DNA of 64,000 nt from Oikopleura dioica (taxonomy: Eukaryota; Animalia; Chordata): contig OU015567.1 of assembly GCA_907165135.1 (NCBI GenBank), positions 124,001 through 188,000 on the forward strand, given 5' to 3'. Position numbers and translations under genes: made by a program. Below are positions 38,313 to 51,652 of this stretch, piece by piece. Every line of letters begins with the position of its first letter. Position 1 is the first letter of the stretch. The notes beneath the pieces were generated by a model. It saw only the letters and a program-made list of their open reading frames with translations, ran no database searches and had not been told where the DNA came from.

Positions 38313-41300
38313 ATGAATAATTGCAAAACACTTTGTGAGGCTACAAACCGCTGGAAATTTCGACAAAGCTATGGAACCTGGAATACGAGCTCAAATCGGC
38401 GCCCGAAGAAAATCAATTCGTCGCTTTGGAAATTTTCTCGCGTGAAAAAGACTCAGGCAGGGGTTCAACCATTTTCCACTAATTATGTGTTTTGTGATAA
38501 ATCGGACTTGAGCTGGTTGAGACTCTTATCAGTGCCTATTATTATGTCCGTGCCGCTGATGGAGACCTCTCAGATCATCCCACTCGAGATAGCTTCTGCC
38601 TTTCGGATTAATTACAATCTGACCGGAGCCAGCATGAGCGTTTTCAGGAAATTCGCCTTGTACCCGGTCACCGACGACAACGAGGAGACGGATTCTTTCA
38701 GACTCCAGGTTTTTTTCATTTTATAAAATTTTTCAGAATTAAAAAAATAAATATTTATTTTTCAGAAAAAAAAATTAAAAAGAAAATTAAATTAAAAAAA
38801 TATTAAAAAAAATATTTCTCTTTTTAAATTTTCTTGAATATTCATTAATAAAAATATAATTCAGTCGCTGCTAAAATACGCGCACTGCACAGAAATCCGC
38901 CCAATCGTCTCTCTTAAAGGCCTGCGAGTCGGCTGCGAAGACATCGAAACCGGCTTCTTTGAATTTCCCGCGATTCGGCTGGGTCGGGCGAGTCCGTTCT
39001 CGAACGAGTGTTTCCGGAAATGGGACGGCAACGTTATGAGAATCGGGAAGCTGCAGGTCTATCCGCAGGATCACTGTGGCTCGAACGCTGTCAAATTTGC
39101 TTTGGAAACTTGCGCAGGTTTGTTTTTAAAGGGACTCCCATTGCGTAAATATCCTCAGCCACTTTGCAGAATATTCTTAATCCTGAGGGTCTGTACTTGC
39201 CTCGACAAGATAAGACACCCTTCTAGAGGCAGTTATATCCAACGAAATATCAACTTTCTTAGACCCGAATTCCTACGGCTGCTACAACGGCTTTCGAATC
39301 CTTGAACAGGCCTGCGACTGCCAAGGAAAATCGCGACTTCCTTACGAGCTTCTCCAACCGACGAATTTGATGCTCAATGTGGACTACTACTTCAGAGGTG
39401 AGTATAAAATTTCGACGATTTTTAAGCCGGAGAAAACCTGGGATGCGAATATGGCGTATGATTTGTCAGTTTCGAATGTGGAGTTTGACTCCATCGAAGT
39501 GAAGCCGGTGGAAAGCAACAGTAAAACTACAGGAACGCTCTTAATTAAAAAGCCACAGTAAGAAAAATGAGTCATCACATTCGACTTTCATTTAGAAAAA
39601 AAAATCATAAAATCCAATTTTTTTTTTTGACGGTAAAATAACAAAAATTTAACTACATGCGGCTCTTGAATAATTTATGAGCATGATTGAGTGTGTCAAC
39701 CAATGAAATTCCTTCGATTGCAGATGGTCACCAACAATGGCAGAATCAATCCGATTAAACCGATTCAATGCCCTGAACTGGACTGGTCTCTTAATTGCGA
39801 GCCCTCCCCTTATTTGGACGATGTTTGTGTTCGTAAAAAAGGTAAATTACAATCGAAAAAAGTAGCTATTGATTCATTAGAATTGTCTTTGACATATGAC
39901 GAGACGAAGAATTCATTCGAAAATTCGCCTCTTGGAAGCCTCTGGGGAAATTCAGCGAGACCAGTGGAAAGCCAAATCGCAGAGAGACTTTATTCGAGAA
40001 ACAATCAAGCCCAGAAGAAGAAGAATCAAAATGCGAAAAATAGAACTCGCGCTCAAGACGCTCCGAATCGCAAACCAGTGACAGAAAATCCAGAAGAAGC
40101 GAGAACTGGCTCTGCGGAAGTCGACCGGGAGGGAAAACGTAATAATCTTGCGCCGGCTCAAAGGGCGCAGCGCGGAGGAAGAGGCCGGAAAATAAGAGAA
40201 AGGATCATCACAACGCCGGAACCAGAAGTACGGGAAACAACTGAGGATCCACTAGCAGCATTTTTCAAAAATGTTATTGGAACTAAACCGGAAACAACGA
40301 CTACAACAACAACGACGACTACCTCAAGATCATCAACTACACAGACAACAACCACAGCATCATCACCAAAAACATCAACAACATCAACAAAAACCACAAT
40401 GACCACGTCAACAACTCCACCAACCACTACAAAGACATCAACATCAACAACTACAACCACAACTACAACAACAACCACAACTACCACTGAAACTACAACA
40501 ACAACAACAAGAACAACTACAACTACAACTACAACAACATCAACAACTACGATATCAACATCGACAACGACGACATCGACAACGACAACGACAACATCAA
40601 CAACCCCAGCACCAACAACCACAACAACTGCGACAACAACATCGTCCATGCCGGATCCAACTACAACAACATCAGTGATAAGCGAAATAGAGACGTCAAC
40701 AGAGTCTTTTAATGAAGATTATTTCCTATCGAGTCAAGAGTATGAAGAAGAAAAATTCGAAAGTGAGTTTTCTCAAAGTGGAATGTTGATGGACGCTCGA
40801 AACTTTGAAAACAACGAAGAAGAAATTGAATATGAAGAGGAAGAGGAAGAAGACTACGAAAATGATAATGAATCAGAATCAGTTGAATATGAATCTGAAA
40901 TAGAATCGGATGACTCCAGCTATTCACAAAGCTCTGAATCAGAAAACGAGGGCAGTTTTATGCAAATGGATGTGAGACTCCCAGCCGAAGACGAATCGGA
41001 ATTCCCGGAGTCACTTGAACCCTCCGACTATGACGAGACTGAAGAAATAGAAGAGGAAGAAAGTGAGGAATCCAAAAACGCTGATTCAGCGAGCTTGATT
41101 GACTCACAAGAAAAATCAAGAGATTTTTCGGAAAAAGCTGAGGAAGAGAACGATGAAAACAATTCAGAAGAGGAAGATTTGCCAATGCTCTTGGATATTC
41201 CATCCATCGACATTATTCCGGAATCGGAAGAAGAAGCAGTCGAAATTGCCGAATTCCAAGAAGCCGAGCAACAGGCGAGAAGCTTGTCTCTCGGACTTGT

Positions 41301-41728
41301 TCCTCGAAATCTTGCCTCCTTCGGAGTAAGATCTCTTTTCAAAAACGCTTCCTAATAATTTTCTAGTGCACACACTGCTTCGCCCACAACATGACTGAAT
41401 GCCTCAACAGCGGAACCTACTCGCCCTGCCAAGAAAACGAAGTCTGTCAAATTGAAGTTCGAAAACGGAATGGCGACGTGAGATGGGTCGGCATGCGGTG
41501 CAAATCCATCGAAGCCTGCTACGACAACAAGTACAAATAATAAGCTTATCAGGGAATAAATAAAATTTCAGAGCTCAAAACTTCATCGGGAAACTGGCGG
41601 ACCGTCAATGCAGACCCACTTCGACAAACAGTCCTTCTGTTTGCCGACAATGCTGCGCGACGGACCGTTGCACCGACAATTTCAACCCGCTGACGCAAAC
41701 TGGCTGGAGAATGGAACTGATAAACTAG
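38313..41728 (+). CDS. Large mucin-like, oikosin-like extracellular protein with Thr-rich tract, acidic tract and C-terminal Cys-rich domain; 5' end uncertain
   Basis: 554-aa ORF with poly-Thr and E/D/S-rich regions. It splices to CTHCFAHNMTECLNSGTYSPCQENEVCQIEVRKRNG...RCKSIEACYDNKAQNF...QCRP...SVCRQCCATDRC..., the Cys pattern I recognise from Oikopleura house proteins (oikosins). Confidence 0.75.
40295..40675 (+). repeat. Coding (ACN)n Thr/Ser repeat
   Basis: aca/act/acc/acg run within the mucin exon. Confidence 0.9.
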
Positions 41729-41881
41729 TTTCATTTTTGACGAACTGTAAATTCATCTTTTAAAATAATTGTAAAAAGTCAATTTAACTGTACATTTTCT
41801 TAATAAATTTATTTTATCTTATTATAACTATGACTAAATCCCCTCTAAAAAGCTTTATTTTGTATTTTATTTGGATGAAAA

Positions 41882-43354
41882 TCACTTTCGAGGGTAAATA
41901 TTTCTGGAAATGAGTTCCTTCATGATTTCCGACGTTCCAGCGTAAATCGAAAACACCCGCGCTCCGGCGTATTCTTTGGCGATGTCGTATTCCCACATGT
42001 ATCCCCAGCCGCCCCAGTGCTGCAGCAATTTCGAAACGCAGGAAACGTATTTCTCCGTGGCGTAGAGCTTCAACATGCTCGCTGTTTCATTGTCCAACTC
42101 GCCTTTGGCGTAGAGTCGGACGCACTCGTCCGCGAGAAGGCGCACTGTCACGATTTCTGTCTTGATTTCCGCCATCGAGTGCTTGATCACTTGCTTGTGC
42201 GAAAGGGGGCTGCCGAAAGCTTTTCGCTCTACAAAGAAATATTATCATATTTTAAAACCAACGAAACCTAGCGTGTACTCTCGAGTTCGTTCGAAAGCGC
42301 CTTCAAGTCGAGCACAGGCTTCCAAAGCGCATCCAACTCGTTCGCGTGGAAGCTCGTTCATCATCATGTAAAATCCCTTGTTCAACCCTAAAGAACTCTT
42401 TCCTGGCTTATCACTTCAAAGAGCAAACCTTCTTCTTCGCCGAGAAGAGCACTTGCCGGAAGCCGCACATTGTCGAAAAAAAGCTCTGCAGTGTCATACG
42501 TGTGCTGCCCAATTTTTCTAAAAAAAATTCTCAGCCGACTTTTTATCAAAAAAAAAACTTGCCGAAGGTTTTTGCCCTTATTAAATCCTTTGTGCTCCCT
42601 GGTGTCGACGAGAAAGAGAGAGATTCCATGGGCGGCTTTTCCTTCTTTGTTTGTCCGGGCGGCGATGAGGCCGAGATTCGCGAGTGTTCCGTTCGAAATG
42701 AAGGTTTTTGAACCGTTGAGAATCCAGTCGTTTCCGTCGCGGACAGCGTTTGTCTTCATTGCTGAGATCGAATAATTTGGTATAAAAAAAATTTTGGAAA
42801 ATCACCTTGAAGATCAGAGCCTCCAGAAGGCTCCGTCATCCCGATGCAGGAAATGGTCTCGCCAGTAGTCATGCTTGGAATGTACTTGTGCTTTTGCTCC
42901 TCTGTCCCGAAACTGGTTATGTAAGGCGCCACGATTCCAGAGTGAAGTCCAAATCCTGGACCGTAAAATTTCGGCCCGGCGTAAGCCTGTTCCTCGCAAG
43001 CGACCATCGAGTACTCGAACTGCGCGCCGATTCCGCCGTACTCTGCTGGAGAGTCAATGCACAACAGACCGGCTGCTCCCGCTTCTTTCCAGATTTCCGC
43101 GTCCGGTTGGTGATCATTGTCCCATTTTTCGACGCGTTCTTGGGGAATCGAAGCCCAGAATTTTCGACACTGCTCCCGAAAAATATCCATGTCCGAATCA
43201 TAATTCACTCCAGTGCCGATATCCGTCAGCTTATCCGATTGCCAGTTGTGGAGACGAGAGCTCAGCTGAGCGCTGGAAATAATAGCTAAGAATTTACTGA
43301 AAAAATAAACCTGGAATTGAGATAACGAGTGGATCTTGAAAGTTGTCGAAGCAT
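41882..43354 (-). CDS. ACADL: Long-chain acyl-CoA dehydrogenase, mitochondrial
   Basis: Basic N-terminal presequence MLRQLSRSTR. Motifs KLTDIG, GPGFGLHSGIVAPYI, CIGMTEPSGGSDLQ, DWILNGSKTFISNG, DTAELFF, FYMMMNELPRER and GGWGYMWEY...IYAGTSEIMKELI are typical of LCAD. Includes a GC-AG intron at 42518-42562. Confidence 0.92.
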
Positions 43355-43497
43355 CTCTGTATTTTTGCTTTTTCTCTTCGCTGCAATATTGACCCTTGCG
43401 ATTTTATTTGTGTAATGAGAGGTGGGGCAAGGCAAACTTCGAGAATAGATTTAAACTGGCATAAATCATAAATTTTATTTTTTTAAGAAATTTTATT

Positions 43498-45167
43498 TCA
43501 AAAAATAGCCGCTTGTTTCGTGAGACAGACTTTTGTCCAAAACTTGAGTTTTTTCTTTTCTTTTCCAGTCACTTTAATTGTCTCCGATTTCCTCTTGAAA
43601 GCCTTCAAAACTTCCTCACACTCTTCCTTGCACGGCAACGCATCAAAATGGCCTCTTTTGATCGCGCGAACGCAGACTTGTCGCTTGATGGCGATGTTCA
43701 TCAGTTCTTCGACTCGGGCTGGATTTGAAGTGCTAGGTTTGCCCATCACTTTCTCCTTCAGCTCTTTTTGGCATTTGTTCATGCCGATGAGAACTGCGTC
43801 TGTCTGATAATAAATAAGGTCAATTTTCATGAAGAATTTGCAAACCTCTTTTTCCCCGCCGACAAAAGTAGCTACTTCTGTCCAATTGATCAAGCCGGCT
43901 TCTGATCCTTCCGGAGCAGCGCAGTATCGCCGAGCTCTTACTTTTTCCCAGGGCTGGAGAGAAGGCTTGCTTGAGAGAGAAATCGGAGTCGGGGAAGATA
44001 AAAGGGTTGTTCTTGTAGTTGGCGGCTTTGGCGAGGTTTGTAGCGAAGCTTAAGGGTGTCAACATCGATTTTCGCATTTTTTCTGCAATAGTTATGGTAC
44101 CTTCCGCTCATAAATAAGATCTGATTTTTCGCCCAGTTTTAGATTAAACCTTTTTATTTGGCATAAATTTGGCAGAATAGTAAATTTATAATCCGTTTAT
44201 CCCCACCGCCGCTTCAAAGAACACTAAAAAGTCGAATTTCACCAATTTTCTTGCAAAAGCTACGGGAGAACTACAAATTCAAATTTCCTCATTTTTTGAC
44301 AGAAGCAAGCCAGAACACTTTTATTTGGCATAAATTTAAAAAATTTTGAAATTTTATATTGCATGCATCTTTTTTCATGCATTATCTGATACCACGACTT
44401 TTACTAAGTTTGAGCGTTATTCTAGTGATGTTCCAAATATTGTATTCCTCTCTTTTTTTCAGAGATTATGGTTTGATCCTTTGACAATCTCCCGGGGTGC
44501 TCAGATCGCGCACTGATTAATCCGTTAATCCCCTTTTCCGGCGCTAAAGTGCAGGTGTATTCGACTTTTGGCGCGCTGTTTGAACATGCAAAATTTGCTT
44601 GATCCCAACGATATGGGTATCAATAGAAAGAGAATTTTTTAAGCTTTCAGAAAATATATAGTTTAAGATATTAAATCTAATTTTAAAAAATAGCAGTTCT
44701 AACAGTGCATTTCTACCGAGAACAAGTGCATTAGCGCGCTCATAGAATAACGTGTATCTCGTGATCTAGAATAGATATTTCGGATCTGAAAGAAGCTCTG
44801 GAATCAGCGTTAACAAGATAACTTGATATCAGTTGTTCGACTCATAAGAGATACCCTTACTCAATCGATGTTGACACCCTTAAAGATAAAGGAAAATTTT
44901 TTTTGTCATTTCTTACCGATTTCGGTTGAGATGTTTTCTCTTTTGTCGTCGTCGTCTTTGCAGTCGTTGTGGTCGTTGTGGTCGTTGTCTTTGTCGTTTC
45001 TGGCGGCGATGTTGGAGGCAGCGGCCCGATATTCTCATTGATCCAGTCGATGAAAGTGGAAACCTTGGCCCATTCTCCTGGATTTCCGGCGCGCGCACAG
45101 CCGATTCCCCAACTTGTCACTCCGGCCAAAACTGCGTTCCCGTTGATTTCGCACATTAAGGGTCCTC
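43498..45167 (-). pseudogene. 3' fragment duplicate of the trypsin-like protease gene
   Basis: Similarity to 49894-50738 begins inside the GDSGGP motif (at GPLMCEING), so the catalytic His, Asp and Ser codons are absent from this copy. Confidence 0.8.
44054..44879. mobile_element. 826-bp TTAA-specific non-autonomous element (Kolobok-like)
   Basis: ttaa-gggtgtcaacatcgatt ... aatcgatgttgacaccc-ttaa. The paralogous site (50446-50449) has a single ttaa, i.e. the empty site. Confidence 0.9.
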
Positions 45168-45247
45168 AATCAAACAAAAAGACAAAGAGGTAGAGGTCCC
45201 TTTTTTACCCAGTTTCTTACATTTTTCCAGACCTTGAGCCGCTTTAA

Positions 45248-45734
45248 CCCGTTGCCGAGCGCTCCGCTAGATTGCCTTGCCGCTCGCGTAGCATCCGGAA
45301 TGCTACGACTTTGAGCGCTATTTTCTTCCACTTCAACTTATTTTTCACGAATATTTTTTTCTTGAGGTTATTTATCGAAGCCTCATCTAATAAATTCATA
45401 TTATTTCAGATAATTTAATTAAAGCTAGAAAGCCGAAAATAGGGAAAGAAAAAGGGTTTCTTCACCGGCGCCATTGTCCAAGTCTAGAGAAAAAGACAAT
45501 GGCGCGGCGCAGAACAATAGAGAAGAAGCGCCGCGAGGGCTGAGTTCTTTTTTTCTTTCCTATTTTCTAGCGACAAATAAATAGTATTTTAAAATTTGAA
45601 AGCGGCGAACATATTCAAAAATGGCTAAAATTTCCAAAAATCAAAAAATTTTTTGGAATCGGCATATTTGATCTCGAGAAATTTGGCTTGAAAGGCGCTT
45701 GTAGCATCCTGAATGCTACGCGCTCGGCAACGGG
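45248..45734. mobile_element. piggyBac-type MITE
   Basis: ttaa-cccgttgccgagcg ... cgctcggcaacggg-ttaa: CCC/GGG termini with TTAA TSD. Confidence 0.85.
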
Positions 45735-46370
45735 TTAAAATCAACGAAGAAGGCGAGCCAGAGCGAATTTGCGGCGATGGATACGAATTAACAAAGGATG
45801 TATTTTTCTGCTTGGACGTCTGTGTCCTCAAGACGGGTGAGGTATGCTCAAAAGAGGTGGAAGCCGAGTAGATCTTTGCGGAAGAGATAGAGATGGGAAC
45901 GAGATGGAATGTGCTGGAGACGACTTTCGACCAGACCCGTCATTAATTTGTCAACTTATGGTCTTATGACGGTAATTTTTTAAAAAAGATAAGGAAATAA
46001 TATTTTACTTTCAGGTTCTTTCTTCGACTCTTCATTCTCATATAATTACTTTTCCTACTAAGAAGAGAGGGCAAAATGAAATATATTTGTCGAAAAACTC
46101 CGGAATTGTGCGATTGAAAATTTTTTCGGCTCGCCCCGAAATCTCCGGAATTGTGCGTTTTGACTGTAGTTATTTATGAATCTGCATTTTGCGTATCAAA
46201 AATGAGTGCTTAAAATTTGATTTGTTTTTGCAATCCTACTGTATTTTTTATATTGTGTGATTGAAATATATACAAATGGTTCTTTGCTGATTTTTTAAAT
46301 ATTCCTTTCATTTTTTTTTCTTTGCAAAAAAATGAAAACACAGCAAATTTATAATAAAAACTTCTATTAT

Positions 46371-49300
46371 TTAGTCACTTTCAGCTGCAGTTGTTTCAGT
46401 AATGGGCTCTACACGAGCGTTATTGTTACATAGTTTCGCGAGATTGTCCCTATAAATATACATAATCCCAAGTATAAAGCTTAAGCCAATTCCAGTAGAA
46501 AGAGCAACTGTTAACCAGATATTTTCAAGACGCATAATGACAAAAATTCCGAATCCAAGGTGTTCCGCCAAGTGCACAGATAATAGAAAACTGTTGTTGG
46601 AATCACCGAAAATTGACAGAACGAGTGTCGCACAGGCAAACAAGGTCGCAGCAAGAAAATCTACGATTGAATCGTGATCATCCAAATACCAAATATATAT
46701 GGTAGAAATTAACCAGTGAATTCCAAGCGGTCCAAAGAAAAGAAGAAACCCAATTGAATCATATTCTTCTCGTAATTTAAATAATGCAAGAACGAGAATC
46801 GTCATTCGTGTAAAATTTTGCACTAACAGCTATAAAAAATAATTATTCAAGAATCAAACTTTTTCGTTTTTTTTTAATTCAATAAGAAATTCACGGGAAT
46901 ATAAAAGAAAAATTCTTACAGTGAAAACCCATTTTAAGGCCGATTTTTGGATGACAGCAAATTTCAAAAGTGGCCTTAAAATGGACATTTTTCATGTTGA
47001 GCCGGATGACAATGATTTTTTTCCTTTTTCTTGCGCATAAAACAGGCATTTGCCGAAAATTGTGGTCTCTTGCGTGCTTATGTCGTGCAGAAATAGCTAT
47101 TAGGAACTAAGAAAAACATATAAAGATTTTTCATCGGAAGATCAGCTTTGATCACTTTATCAAAAGTTTCAATTTAGTTTGAAACATTGGCTTTTGGTGT
47201 TCTGGAAAAAACACAAATTAAACTCTGATAAGTGAGAAACTCTTCGGTCAAAGACAAATCATTGACTATATTTTGCTCTCTCAAGTTGAGGAAGTTCCAA
47301 CTGCCTCTCCACAGAAGAACAAAAATTTCAATTTAAGATTCTGTAAAGATCGGCTTCACTTAAAAGATTTTACAAGAACTTAAAGCGTACAGTTGTCTCG
47401 CTAGATTCTCGCATCAATCGAGGACCAAATATGGCTCAGATCATTCCGGACTCAATTTAATGCTGATGGCGGTTAAAAAACCCCTTCTTTGCGCTTAATT
47501 TCAGCGGCGTAAGTTCAGGGTTAGGGTAGGGTCGCTAAACTGTAACTTTCGAATTTAAAAAGATGATCAAAAGTGGCCTTATAATGGATTTTTCGAGGAT
47601 GACAAATTTTGGGAGTTTTTCAAAAAAGTGGCCTTAAAATGGTGGGCCTTAAAATGGGTTATCACTGTATTTGTTTGTTGTTATCCAATCTTCATATGAT
47701 ATATAGATATAATTCATATTCGTAAGTAATTTCTTTCTCGAATAAAATAATAAAATATTATTCTGATATTAATAATATCATATTATCTTTTCTGAAATTA
47801 CCATGATGAAGAAATAAACTCTCTGAAAAAGAACACTCCGAGAATAATTTCTTGACGATAAGACGATATATGAGAACATAATTGAAAGTATCGAAATCCA
47901 ATCATAACCATATTCTTTGCAGTACAATTTCTCTTAAGTTTAACAATTGAGCATTTTAAACTAAAAAGAGAAAGTGGTCGATCATTTGGCTTGATAGCTT
48001 AGAATTTAAAAAGAAAAATAACCATTTTTTTCCTTTTGAGGAACGATCATAAAATAAACCTGAGTAATCAGTATCGTCAGATACAATTGTTATATTTCTT
48101 TCATCAGTCTTCAAGTCGTTTTCGACATCTCTGCATATTGTGATTATATAAAGTTGCATGAATAACTTCAATAAATTGATTATTTTTTGTAGGCTTAGTC
48201 GTGCATGTTTATTGCGAATTCAAAAAATAGTTACCTGCGGAGCTGCTTCAATTAAACTTTCAAACATAAATATAATTGATGAAGTTTCGGTGAAATCTTC
48301 CCCTTCATCAGAATTCTTTTCGTCAAAATAAACCAAAAAAAATATGACCGTAAACAAAGATGACATTCAAAATGGTACTGATTATGTCTTCAACTACTTG
48401 CATTATGGTTTGTTATCAAAAACGTTGATAAAATAATTAAGGCAAAGCTTGTTGTGGTTCATACATTTTGTTAATTTTTTTTCTGGACATATAACTTACT
48501 TTTCATCTATAAAAATCTTAAAACTTTAATTGTGAAATATGGGGTACCAGAGACAAGTGTCGGAAAAATGTCCGAAGAGGAATGTCTTTCAACTGTCTGT
48601 TTATTTATTTTCGGCTTTAAACTCGAGACATAGACAGTACCACCGAGCAGTATTATTATTGAAACTGAAATTGCTCCCCAACTTGTGTTTCCCGTCTAAA
48701 ACATTGCTAGAAATAAATCTTGCGATCTTAGAAGTCTCGCGAAAATTGATTTTCTACCATCACCTGAAAGAATCGTGCAGCTTGAATTGAATCAGTCCTT
48801 AATTTCGTCTCATTTATCTTACGTTATATATTAGAATACTCACACAAAATCCGCAATAAAAAGAAGCCATGAGCCAAGTAAGAGAAGCCACCTTTGTTTC
48901 TTGAGAAAACCGCGAAATTTTTCGCATGATAAACAAGACAATTTCATCATTTTACATCTCTCAGATTTTTTGGAGTGAATTATCTGACTGATGCCGAGTT
49001 TTATAAAGATCGTTGTCGTTAAACTTTCCATATTTCCTTTTTATTATTAACATTCGCGATTTTTTTCTCAAACCATGGTAACCGAAATTTTCTTGTTCCT
49101 TATTTATAATGCCAAAATACATCTTTTCTTTCAAAAATATTTTTATAAAGTTCCCTTTTCGGAAACATGGAAATATGGCAGCTAGGATGAAGCATAATTT
49201 CTTCATTGATTTCAGCGATGAGTTTGATGTTGCTATAGTTTTCTGTTTTTCCGTCAATGAGTCGTTCGATAAGCCCATTCGAGCTCCATGAGCTAAAACA

Positions 49301-49496
49301 CGAAAATAAAAAAATGTCAGAAAGCTGGGCGAGTTCTTTGGGAGAAGAAATCAACGAAATTAACGAAGAAATCAGGACAAAAGACTGTTTTCTTGAAAAA
49401 TTATCGAGCGATGATGCTTTAACAAATTTACCGCCACGCAGACCAGCCGTTATCTTATTTATAAATGGCCAATCATTTCGCGGAGAAGCAAAATAA
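46371..49496 (-). CDS. XK-related (XKR scramblase family) multi-pass membrane protein, probably degenerate
   Basis: FMFESLIEAAPQ|LFMQLYII matches the XK ExxPQ..LQ signature. Also SWLLFIADFV, QNFTRMTILVLALF and several TM helices in the last exon. The 5' exons have frame disruptions. Confidence 0.7.
46919..47667. mobile_element. Tc1/mariner-type MITE in an XKR intron
   Basis: ta-cagtgaaaacccattttaaggcc ... ggccttaaaatgggttatcactg-ta. Confidence 0.8.
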
Positions 49497-49746
49497 GGTT
49501 GGTGATCATTATCCCACTTTTCGACGCGATCTTTGGCAATCGAAGCCCAGAACTTTCGACACTGCTCCCGAAAAATATCCATGTCCGAATCATAGTTCAC
49601 TCCAGTGCCGATATCCGTCAGCTTATCCGATTGCCAGTTGTGGAGACGAGAGCTCAGCTGAGCGCTGGAAATAATAGCTAAGAATTTACTGAAAAAATAA
49701 ACCTGGCTTTGAGAGAACGAGTGGATCTTGAAAGTTGTCGAAGCAT
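49497..49746 (-). pseudogene. 5' fragment duplicate of ACADL
   Basis: Near copy of 43105-43354. It ends at ...WDNDHQP and then reads into unrelated sequence. Confidence 0.85.
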
Positions 49747-49893
49747 CTCTTTTTTTTTGATTTCTTTTCTTTGCGCTGCAACATTGACCCTTGCGATTTT
49801 ATTTGTGTAATGAGAGGTGGGGCAAGGCAAACTTGGAGAAAAGATTTGAGCTGGCAAAGTTCATAAATTTTATTTTTTTTTAGAAAATTTCCT

Positions 49894-51652
49894 TTAAAAT
49901 ATAGCAGCTTGTTTGGTGAGACAGACTTTTGTCCAAAACTTGAGTTTCTTCTTTTCTTTTCCAGTCACTTTAATTATCTCGGATTTCCTCTTGAATGCCT
50001 TCAAAACTTCCTCACACTCTGCCTTGCAGGGGAGCGCGTCGAAGTGACCCCTTTTAATCGCGCGAACGCAGACTTGTCGCTTGATGGCGATGTTCATCAG
50101 TTCTTCGACTCGGGCTGGATTGGAGGTGCTCGGTTTGCCCATCACTTTCTCCTTCAGCTCTTTTTGGCATTTGTTCAAACCGATGAGAACTGCGTCCGTC
50201 TGATAATTAATAAGGTCAATTTTCATGAAGAATTTGCAAACCTCTTTGTCTCCGCCGACAAAAGAAGCAACTTGTGTCCAATTGATGAGCCCCGCTTCCG
50301 ATCCTTCCGGAGCGGCGCAGTATCGTCGAGCTCTTACTTTTTCCCAGGGCTTGAGAGAAGGCTTGCTTGACAGAGAAATCGGCGTCGGGGAAGATAAAAG
50401 GGTTGTTCTGGTAGTTAGCGGCTTTGGCGAGGTTTGTAGCGACGCTTAAAGGTATAGGAAAATTTTTTTTTGTCATTTCTTACCGATTTCAGGTTGAGAT
50501 GTATTCTCTTTTGTCGTAGTCGTCGTTGTAGTCGTTGTGGTCGTTGATGTTGTCGTTGTCTTTGTCGTTTCTGGCGGCGATGTTGGGGGCAGCGGCCCGA
50601 TATTATCATTGATCCAGTCGATGAAATTGGAAACCTTGGCCCATTCTCCTGGATTTCCGGCGCGAGCACAACCGATTCCCCAACTTGTCACTCCGGCCAG
50701 AACAGCGTTTCCATTGATTTCGCAAATTAAGGGTCCTCCAGAATCACCTAAGATCCGATAATCACTTTTAACTCTGCACTGAAACTTACCTTGACAAGCG
50801 TCGCGACCTCCACCGATGGCCCCGGCGCAAATCATCGTTTCTGGATGATGATCTTAAAGAGAGATCTTAATGATTAGAAATTTGAACTGATCTTACCCTG
50901 TTCCTTGACGCAGTAGTTGTCGTCGAAGATCTCGACATTGACCGAGTTCAAAATGTCGACTTGTTTTCCGAAGGATTCGTGATCCATTCCCCAGCCAGCA
51001 GTGTAGCACTTGGACATGACAGGCCACTCCCAATCAACTGGCGGCAAGCACGCGTACTTGTGCTCGATGATTTCCGCCACGTCTTCTTCCAGAGTCAGGA
51101 GGCAAACGTCGTTTTGGAAATGGCGGAAAGAGAAACCCAGATGCTCAACAATTTTTGTCACTTTCAGGATTTTCTCGCCCTCGTCAACTACTTTCCGACT
51201 TTTAATTGTTCATTTTCTCTGTTGTCATCCACAGTCAGTAAGAAATAACCATGTTTTGGAATCGATCATCAAGTCAATAAAAAATTGAAAAAAAAAGAAC
51301 ATTTCCTATAATCGTTGACATGAGCGATTATATCCTTGGGAGCAGCGCCGTGGCAGCAGTGCGCGGCAGTCAAAACATGTTTCCCGTCAAGAAGAGATCC
51401 TCCGCAGGTTGCTCCGCTTCTTCCGATGCGAAGTCGCACGATGAATGGCCAAGCGTCTCTTTTGACATCTCCTCCACCGACGATTCTCGCCGAGCTCAGC
51501 CACCTTCAAAAATCAACGAGTCTGAATCGAGTAATTTTCTACCTCGAAAAAGGGTTCACTTGTTCTCTTGCCTCGCAATAAGTCCACGTCTCTGGAATTT
51601 CCCATTTTCCAGCCGCAACAACGCTCAAAAATGCCCCGAAAAGCTTCATCAT
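49894..51652 (-). CDS. Secreted trypsin-family (S1A) serine protease with Thr-rich linker and C-terminal Cys-containing extension
   Basis: Signal MMKLFGAFLSVVAA, activation site R-IVGG, CGGSLL..LTAAHC, NDVCLL, RDACQGDSGGP (Asp S1 pocket) and GVTSWGIGCA. GA-AG intron at 51199-51305. Confidence 0.92.

Noticed and set aside
40158-40649. Poly-Val ORF on the minus strand
   Set aside because: It is the antisense shadow of the Thr-rich mucin exon.
43820-44077. Separate small gene MRKSMLTPLSF... (and the equivalent ORF at 50216-50476)
   Set aside because: Wrong frame of a protease 3' exon. In this copy the start lies inside a transposon TIR.
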